Positions 18,051 through 24,000 of a DNA stretch of 24,000 nucleotides are shown here, one piece after another. The position numbers and the translations under genes were made by a program. The notes beneath the pieces were generated by a model. It did not search any database, was not told the DNA's origin, and saw only the letters and a list, made by a program, of their open reading frames with translations. The DNA comes from Thermodesulfobacteriota bacterium B35 (GTDB lineage: Bacteria; Desulfobacterota; Desulfobulbia; Desulfobulbales; Desulfobulbaceae), in assembly GCA_046599375.1 (NCBI GenBank), contig JBKIWM010000002.1, positions 503,001-527,000 of the forward strand. Reading direction: 5' to 3'. Position 1 is the stretch's first letter. Each line of letters opens with the position of its first letter.

Positions 18051-18716
18051 TCAGGCAGCGGGTATCTCGCAGAACATGGCCTTGGCATCAAAGCGTTTGT
18101 TGTTGACACTGGCCGATTTCTTCAGATCGACGATACTGGATGTTCCATCATAGTCCCGGGTGACGATATCCTCGATGGCACCTATCTCCCGGACAAGCTC
18201 TTTCATGGTCTTCAGGTTGTCGATGACCCGCTTCATATCCTCGCCCAGCTCCGAGTCGGCATCGACCTCGTCCTGCATCAGATCCAGGGTGCCCAGGGCG
18301 ACAAAGAGCGGCGTGTTCATCTCGTGGGCCACGGTGGCGGCCAGGGCGGCGATGGCCTCCCTCTTCTCCTTTTCCCGGGCCTTTTCCCTGTCGCGCAGGA
18401 TACCGAGAACAACGGCCACGATATTGAACAGGGCCACCTCAAGGATCCTGTCCACGTCGCCGGGCACGAAACCGTCCCAGTTGAGGAAGGAAAAGGGCAG
18501 ATAGAAGACCGTGATGGCCACCGAGGTGAGCACGCCTTCGTACAGGCCGAACCAGAAGGTGGCGAGGATTATGGGCAGAAAATAGAGCTCGCGGGCCACC
18601 ACGTGTGCGGTCACATACTCCTCGGTCATGAAGAGGTGCAGGCCGCTGATGGCGAGGACCAGGAAGATGATCACTGATACCTTTTTCATATCATACTGCT
18701 GGGGCTGGGTTTTCAT
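18051..18716 (-). CDS. Membrane protein with histidine-kinase H-box/DHp-like segment but no visible HATPase domain
   Basis: Multi-TM N-terminus (ELYFLPIILATFWFGLYEGVLTSVAITVFYLPF), coiled linker, AALAATVAHEMNTPLFVALGTLDLM, then stop with no N/G1/G2 boxes. Start chosen at MKTQ (18716). Confidence 0.75.
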   Translation of the reverse strand: MKTQPQQYDMKKVSVIIFLVLAISGLHLFMTEEYVTAHVVARELYFLPIILATFWFGLYEGVLTSVAITVFYLPFSFLNWDGFVPGDVDRILEVALFNIVAVVLGILRDREKAREKEKREAIAALAATVAHEMNTPLFVALGTLDLMQDEVDADSELGEDMKRVIDNLKTMKELVREIGAIEDIVTRDYDGTSSIVDLKKSASVNNKRFDAKAMFCEIPAA

Positions 18717-18748
18717 GGTCAGGTCTCCGCTTGTTCTGTTCCTGTAAT

Positions 18749-18774
18749 AGTTCACTGCAATCAGCAACTACCTG
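18749..18774 (+). repeat. Copy of dispersed motif
   Basis: AGTTCACTGCAATCAGCAACTACCTG. Confidence 0.6.
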
Positions 18775-19046
18775 AAGAGTGGTTGTCTGTATCCAGAGAA
18801 TTCCACGAATCGTGCCAGTCCATGCCAAAAACAACAGCGTGCCGCAACCTGCCGCAATATCGTAAAAGAAGAACAGCAGCCCCGGCAGATCCCTGGCAAC
18901 TCTGTCCAGGATCAGGACATCCCTGGCCGCAGCGGGGAGCCCCTGTCCATTTCCGGGACACCGGCACGAATCAGGAGTCGTCCGCCCCACCTCGGTCGTA
19001 ACTGATCACAGGGTATACAAGGTCACGATTTATCAACCTCGTTTTT

Positions 19047-19153
19047 GTAAGCGGTCTCAGGTACCGCATTTTCGTACGGTCGCTCCTGGCCGCTATAGCC
19101 TACTATGCGGGCAGGAGCGACCGTACGAAAATGCGGTACCTGAGACCGCTTAC
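19047..19153. repeat. Long perfect palindrome (42-bp arms, 23-nt spacer)
   Basis: GTAAGCGGTCTCAGGTACCGCATTTTCGTACGGTCGCTCCTG / exact reverse complement at 19112-19153. The spacer GCCGCTATAGCCTACTATGCGGG is itself a near-palindrome. Confidence 0.97.
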
Positions 19154-20022
19154 CCTCGGTCCGCATCGTCCTGTTGCCCTCCCCGGGCCAGCAGCGACGG
19201 ATCGCCGCCAATGGAGTCGAGGGAATACCTGCCGGGATCTCCGGTTACCGGCAGCAGGAGAAGGCGCGGCAGGGTAAGGCGTTCCGGCCGCCGGTAGTGG
19301 GAGAGACCGATGGTCATGCCCGGATGGCCGGCCGCGGGCTGGGCCCGGTAGGTCCCGAACAGACGGTCCCACCAGGGAAAATTAAAGCCAAAGTTGGAAT
19401 TGGTCTCGCGGATGAGCACCGAATGGTGGACCCGGTGCATGTCGGGCGTGACCACGAGCAGGCGCAGGAAACGGTCCACTGATCGTGGCAGGAGGATATT
19501 GCCGTGGTTGAACATGGCCGTGCCGTTGAGGGTGATCTCGAACAGGAGAACCGCAATCACGGGCGGACCGAGCGCCGCCACGGTCGCCATCTTGATCAGC
19601 ATGGAGAGCAGGATCTCCACCGGGTGAAAACGGAGGCCGGTGGAGACATCGATATCCAGGTCGGCGTGATGCACCATGTGCAGGCGCCAGAGCAGCGGCA
19701 CGGCATGAAACATCAGGTGCTGCAGGTAGATGACCAGGTCGAGGACGATGACCGAGACGGCCACCGCCGCAATGCCGGACATCCGCAGATAGGGGATCAG
19801 GCCCCAGTTGCCACCTGTGGCCGCGGCAGCCACACCGGTGGCGGCCACGGGAAAGAGGAGCCCGACCAGGACCGAGTCAAGCAGAATGATACCGAAGTTG
19901 TTGCACCAGCGTCCGGCCTTGTTCACGGTCAGGGGGCGGCGGGGCCGGAGAACCTCCCAGACCGCGACCATGGCCAGGATGGTGAAGAAAAAGCCCAGCC
20001 GCAGCAGGGTGGAACCAGTCAT
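19150..20022 (-). CDS. Fatty acid hydroxylase/sterol desaturase superfamily membrane protein
   Basis: Histidine boxes HLMFH, HMVHH, HRVHHS; several TM segments; NFGFNFPWWDRLFGTYR. Confidence 0.9.
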   Translation of the reverse strand: MTGSTLLRLGFFFTILAMVAVWEVLRPRRPLTVNKAGRWCNNFGIILLDSVLVGLLFPVAATGVAAAATGGNWGLIPYLRMSGIAAVAVSVIVLDLVIYLQHLMFHAVPLLWRLHMVHHADLDIDVSTGLRFHPVEILLSMLIKMATVAALGPPVIAVLLFEITLNGTAMFNHGNILLPRSVDRFLRLLVVTPDMHRVHHSVLIRETNSNFGFNFPWWDRLFGTYRAQPAAGHPGMTIGLSHYRRPERLTLPRLLLLPVTGDPGRYSLDSIGGDPSLLARGGQQDDADRG

Positions 20023-21191
20023 CGTCGTCTCTCCTTCACAGTTGGCACGCTCTTTCGATGGAACAGTTCACCGCCATCGGCAACCAGCCTCTCTCCTGAC
20101 CCCCTATCCCCTGGCACCTGAAACCTGACCCCTGACCCCTGGCACCTGGCACCTGAAACCTGGCCCCTGCCCCCTGGCCGCCACGGCAGGATCAGCGCAA
20201 AGACCATACCGCCCCCGCTCCTCCTCCGGAATCGGAGTGTCCCGCCATGGGCCTCGACAATCTTGCGGACAATGGCCAGTCCCAGGCCGGTGCCATCCTC
20301 CTTGGTGGTCATGAAGGGGGTGCAGATCCTGGCCATCTCCTCTTCGGGCACTCCCCTGCCCCGATCCAGGACCTCGACCACCACCATGTCCTCTTCGGCT
20401 GCCAGTCTGGTGCGGATCACCACCCTGCCGTCAGCGGGTGAGGCATCCACCCCGTTGCCGATCAGGTTGAGGAGGGCCTGCTGCAGCCGGTTGGCATCAA
20501 AGGAGACCTCAGGCAAACGCCGGTCCAGATCAGGATCGAGCCGGACCCCCTTGATTCGGGCCGCCCCTGCCGCCACCTCCACAGTCTGCCGCACCAGGTC
20601 GTTGAGGTCAGCGCGACTGCAGTGGAGCCGCAGGGGGCGGGCAAAGGCCAGCATGTCCATGATCAGCAGCTCGAGACGGTCGGTCTGGCCGATGATGATG
20701 TCCAGTTTCTTCAAGCTGTCCGGATCGTTTGCTGCTGTTCTGCGTCGGAGCTGACGTGCAAAGCCGCCGATGGCGGTGAGGGGGGTCTTCATGTCATGGG
20801 CGATGCAGGAGATCCCCTTGCCCATGGCCGCCAGGGATTCCATGCGTCGCTGCTGCTCCTGACGGCGCTTTTCACGGTCCCGCATCCAGCCGACCAGGAG
20901 TCCCACCGCGAAATAGAGCATGATCTCCAGCAAGTTGCCGAATTCATGGCCGGTGAAGCGGTCGGCGCGCTGGAAAACAAAGGGCAGGTAGGCGGCGGTC
21001 ACCGCCAGGGAAGCCACCAGGCCGCCGCGCAGACCGAACCAGAATCCGGCCAGGACCACGGGCAGGAAATACATCTCCCGGTAGATGACATGCAGGTAGA
21101 CCAGCTCATCCCCGGTCAGATAATGGGCCAGGCTGATCACGACAATCAGAAATACGATGATGCCGCGCCTGTAGGGATCGTCTCGCAACAT
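20019..21191 (-). CDS. Membrane-bound sensor histidine kinase
   Basis: ISCIAHDMKTPLTAIGGFARQL (H box), LLNLIGNGVDAS (N box), VLDRGRGVPEEE, GTGLGLAIVRKIVEAHGG. Overlaps the downstream gene start; C-terminal ~50 aa are encoded by low-complexity repeats. Confidence 0.92.
   Translation of the reverse strand: MLRDDPYRRGIIVFLIVVISLAHYLTGDELVYLHVIYREMYFLPVVLAGFWFGLRGGLVASLAVTAAYLPFVFQRADRFTGHEFGNLLEIMLYFAVGLLVGWMRDREKRRQEQQRRMESLAAMGKGISCIAHDMKTPLTAIGGFARQLRRRTAANDPDSLKKLDIIIGQTDRLELLIMDMLAFARPLRLHCSRADLNDLVRQTVEVAAGAARIKGVRLDPDLDRRLPEVSFDANRLQQALLNLIGNGVDASPADGRVVIRTRLAAEEDMVVVEVLDRGRGVPEEEMARICTPFMTTKEDGTGLGLAIVRKIVEAHGGTLRFRRRSGGGMVFALILPWRPGGRGQVSGARCQGSGVRFQVPGDRGSGERLVADGGELFHRKSVPTVKERRR
20064..20086 (+). 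repeat. Copy of dispersed motif
   Basis: CAGTTCACCGCCATCGGCAACCA. Confidence 0.55.
20091..20178. repeat. CCTG-rich low-complexity tract
   Basis: CTGGCACCTGAAACCTG occurs exactly at 20111-20127 and 20146-20162 within CCTGACCCCTGGCACCTGG-type sequence. Confidence 0.8.
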
Positions 21192-21213
21192 GGAGTGGTG
21201 TCAGCAGAGAGAA

Positions 21214-21236
21214 CAGTTCATCGCCATCGGCAACCC
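21214..21236 (+). repeat. Copy of dispersed motif
   Basis: CAGTTCATCGCCATCGGCAACCC. Confidence 0.55.
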
Positions 21237-21260
21237 CGGTGAATTAGCAATAGATATACA

Positions 21261-22550
21261 TCACCCCTCCCCTGACCGGCTGGCCCCGGGAATCCGGATG
21301 GTGAACGTGGTGCCCTGATCCGGAACAGAGGTCACCTCGATGGTACCGTCGTGCCGCTCTATGATCCGGTGTACATAGGTAAGGCCAAGACCTGTGGAAC
21401 GGGTCCTGGTCGTGTAGAAGGGATCAAAGATCAGGCCGAGCTGGTCCTCGGGTATGCCGGGCCCGGTATCACTGATGTCGATGCGCACGAACTGTCCCTC
21501 GGGCCGGAGGCGTATGCTGATCCGGCCACTGCCGCCAAGGACATCAAGGCTGTTGGCGATCACCTCGTCAAAGACCCTGCGCAGGAGGAGCGGATCGTGC
21601 CGGCAGGGCATTTCCCCCTTGTCCGGTTCCAGGCTGAACTCCACCCCGGCGGCCCGCTCCTGTCCGGCAGCATGACGCAGCGCCTGTGCGGCCAGGCCGA
21701 TGATGTCGCCACGTACAGGAGAAAAGCTGTCCTGGCTGGCGAATTTGGCGAATTCCCCCACGATCTTTTCCAGGCGGTCCGTCCCCTGGATGATATAGGC
21801 CAGTTTTTTCTCCACCCCGGGATCTCCCCGGAGCTCCCGGGCCAGTTGCCTGGCCAGGCCACCCATGCTCATCACCGGGTTGCGGATGCTGTGGGCCACG
21901 CCCATGGCCATTTCGACAATGGAAGCGATCTTCTCGGAACGGATCAGCTCGGCCTGGGTATGGCGCAGCTCCTCCCTGGTCATGACCAGCTTCTGCCGCA
22001 GCCGCTCATGGAGGGCGGCATTCTCCAGGGCGATGGCCGCCTGGCTGGCAAGGGCACAGAAGACCTCCAGTTCGATCTTCTCGTACTGCCGCTGCGGAGC
22101 GGCGATGAAGATCATGCCGGTCACCCGGCCCTTGGTTTCCATGGGGGCGCTGAGAACGGTCTGGAGAAACTGCTGCTCCCCGGCTGTCAGGGCCTGGTAG
22201 ACATCCGCGGGCAGCAGCTCCTGCGGGCGGATAAACCCCTCATGCTGCACCAGGCAGTGGGCGGCATGCTCAAGCCCGATGCTGGAGAAGAGGTTGACAT
22301 CCAGGGGCCAGGTGCCGATGGTGGAGATCTCCTGCATCCGGCCCGGGGCACCATTGTTGTGGAGGAGCAGCGCATTGTCCGCGCCCATCACCCTGGTCAC
22401 CATGGCGAGGATGGTATGGATGAGCTGTTCCTTGTCCAGCTCGGAGTTGATCAGCTTGGTGACGTCATGAAAGGTGAGCAGCAGTTGGCGGAGATTCTGA
22501 CAGGAATCCTGCCGGGCGGGCTCGTCTGCCGAGAGATAGGTATTGTGCAT
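21261..22550 (-). CDS. GAF-domain sensor histidine kinase (apparently soluble)
   Basis: GAF-like N-terminus, EMAMGVAHSIRNPVMSMGGLARQL, VFDEVIANSLDVL, DISDTGPGIPEDQL, TGLGLTYVHRIIERHDG. Confidence 0.92.
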   Translation of the reverse strand: MHNTYLSADEPARQDSCQNLRQLLLTFHDVTKLINSELDKEQLIHTILAMVTRVMGADNALLLHNNGAPGRMQEISTIGTWPLDVNLFSSIGLEHAAHCLVQHEGFIRPQELLPADVYQALTAGEQQFLQTVLSAPMETKGRVTGMIFIAAPQRQYEKIELEVFCALASQAAIALENAALHERLRQKLVMTREELRHTQAELIRSEKIASIVEMAMGVAHSIRNPVMSMGGLARQLARELRGDPGVEKKLAYIIQGTDRLEKIVGEFAKFASQDSFSPVRGDIIGLAAQALRHAAGQERAAGVEFSLEPDKGEMPCRHDPLLLRRVFDEVIANSLDVLGGSGRISIRLRPEGQFVRIDISDTGPGIPEDQLGLIFDPFYTTRTRSTGLGLTYVHRIIERHDGTIEVTSVPDQGTTFTIRIPGASRSGEG

Positions 22551-22631
22551 GATGGCCGGTTTCCTGTCGTGGGGATTGCACCGGACCGTCGATGCTACCG
22601 GTCCGGCAGTGAGGATCTGGCTGCCATCTCC

Positions 22632-24000
22632 TCAATCGATGCGAGCCGTCCGCAGCCGCAGGGCATTGACCACTACGGAGACGGAACTCAGGCTCATGGC
22701 GGCCGCCGCGATGATCGGACTGAGCAGGATACCGAAGAAGGGATAGAGCACTCCGGCCGCCACGGGCACGCCCAGCGAGTTGTAGACAAAGGCGAAGAAC
22801 AGGTTCTGCCGGATATTGGCCATGGTGGCCCGTGAGAGTTTCCGGGCCCGGACAATGCCGGTCAGATCCCCCTTGACCAGTGTCACGCCGGCAGATTCCA
22901 TGGCAACATCGGTGCCCGTGCCCATGGCAATTCCCACGTGGGCCTGGGCCAGGGCGGGGGCATCGTTGATGCCGTCCCCTGCCATTGCCACCATTCTACC
23001 TGCATCCTGGTATTTTTTCACTACTTTTGCCTTTTCATCCGGCAGGACCCCGGCCACGACCTCGTCGATGTCCAGCTGCGCTGCCACGGCCTCGGCCGTG
23101 GCCCGGTTGTCGCCGGTGACCATCACCACCCGCATTCCCTCCCGGTGCAGGGCACGGATGGCGTCCGGGGTGGTCTCCTTGATGGGATCGGAGACAGCGA
23201 CCAGTCCGGCAATGGCGCCGTCCACGGCCACAAACATCACGGTCTTGCCCTGGCGCCGCATCTCTTCGGCCCGCTCGGCAAGAATACGGGTATCAACACC
23301 TGCATTCTCCATGAGATGCAGGTTACCGAGCAAGACCTCGCGGCCGTCAACCGTTCCCCTGACTCCCTTGCCGGTGATCGAGGTGAACTCCTGCGGCTCG
23401 GTCAGTTCAACCCCCTGTTGTCCGGCGCCATGGACAATGGCCGCGGCCAGGGGATGTTCACTGGTCTTCTCCAGGCTTGCCGCCATGCGCAGCAGCCGTT
23501 CTTCGTCCATACCCTCTGCCGGGACCATGCCGGTCAGCTTCGGCTTGCCCAGGGTCAGGGTGCCGGTCTTGTCCACCAGCAGGGTGTCGATCCGGCGCAT
23601 GGTCTCGATGGCCTCGGCATTCTTGAACAGGACGCCCATGGTGGCGCCCTTGCCGGTGGCCACCATGATGGACATGGGGGTGGCCAGGCCGAGGGCACAG
23701 GGACAGGCGATGATCAGTACCGACACAGCGACGATGAGGGCATGGGCCAGTCGCGGTTCAGGACCGAAATAGAACCAGACCGTGAAGGCAAGCAGGGCGA
23801 TACTGATGACCACCGGCACAAACCAGCCCGCCACCTGGTCAGCCAGCTTCTGGATCGGGGCCCGGGAACGCTGGGCCTCGGCCACCATCTGCACGATCCT
23901 GGCCAGCAGGGTCTCGCTGCCCACCTTCTCCGCCCTGATGGTGAGGGCGCCTGTGGTGTTGACGGTGGCGCCGATCACCCGGTCACCCGTGTCTTTCCTG
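22632..24000 (-). CDS. copA: Heavy-metal (Cu+) translocating P1B-type ATPase, C-terminal part; N-terminus beyond window
   Basis: CPC motif [13 protein letters not shown], phosphorylation motif [32 protein letters not shown], terminal [16 protein letters not shown]. Confidence 0.93.
   Translation of the reverse strand, partial: RKDTGDRVIGATVNTTGALTIRAEKVGSETLLARIVQMVAEAQRSRAPIQKLADQVAGWFVPVVISIALLAFTVWFYFGPEPRLAHALIVAVSVLIIACPCALGLATPMSIMVATGKGATMGVLFKNAEAIETMRRIDTLLVDKTGTLTLGKPKLTGMVPAEGMDEERLLRMAASLEKTSEHPLAAAIVHGAGQQGVELTEPQEFTSITGKGVRGTVDGREVLLGNLHLMENAGVDTRILAERAEEMRRQGKTVMFVAVDGAIAGLVAVSDPIKETTPDAIRALHREGMRVVMVTGDNRATAEAVAAQLDIDEVVAGVLPDEKAKVVKKYQDAGRMVAMAGDGINDAPALAQAHVGIAMGTGTDVAMESAGVTLVKGDLTGIVRARKLSRATMANIRQNLFFAFVYNSLGVPVAAGVLYPFFGILLSPIIAAAAMSLSSVSVVVNALRLRTARID

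Noticed and set aside
18691-18990. 99-aa minus ORF with a hydrophobic stretch upstream of the kinase-less paralog
   Set aside because: No similarity recognised, overlaps the neighbour's start and a dispersed-motif copy; not enough support to call a gene.
22581-22606. Small hairpin CCGGACCG-N10-CGGTCCGG between copA and the GAF kinase
   Set aside because: Short, no T-run; common by chance at this GC content, although it could be a weak structure.
21351-22835. 494-aa + strand ORF
   Set aside because: Antisense to a clear GAF histidine kinase and the 3' end of copA; composition typical of high-GC shadow ORFs, no recognisable domain.
1-24000. CRISPR arrays, tRNA/rRNA genes, transposases, toxin-antitoxin or defence systems
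   Set aside because: No regularly spaced direct repeats, no tRNA/rRNA signatures and no transposase or defence-family protein motifs recognised in any frame.

Overview
This is a high-GC chromosomal window, probably from a Desulfobulbales-like (deltaproteobacterial-type) anaerobe; the taxonomy is inferred, not proven. Left to right it holds: leuS; lptE; a bidirectional terminator; transketolase (-); a dus-type tRNA-dihydrouridine synthase; a DUF445-like membrane protein (-) with an apparent 1-nt frameshift; a HAD phosphatase (-); a CooC-like ATPase followed by ftsE-ftsX-envC-like-ctp; then a tight minus-strand operon. That operon is arsR-like regulator / ArsP-SO_0444-type permease / hgcA / hgcB, the corrinoid protein and ferredoxin pair for mercury methylation. 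Beyond it lie a membrane-anchored protein with only the H-box part of a histidine kinase, a fatty-acid hydroxylase/sterol desaturase, two histidine kinases and a truncated Cu P-type ATPase. The strongest biological signal is the hgcAB operon. Its permease gene sits 2 nt after the ArsR-like gene and overlaps the hgcA start codon (ATGA). Its regulator appears to carry both a Cys-rich alpha3N site and a complete alpha5 D-x-H-x10-H-x2-E metal site. The intergenic regions carry unannotated repeated structures: (1) three related long palindromes sharing an asymmetric tip (CCGCTATAG..CTATGCGG), (2) a dispersed ~25-nt motif, GTTCACCGCNATCRGCAACTACC, in seven copies, (3) a ~129-bp imperfect inverted-repeat MITE-like element, and (4) CCTG-rich low-complexity tracts.
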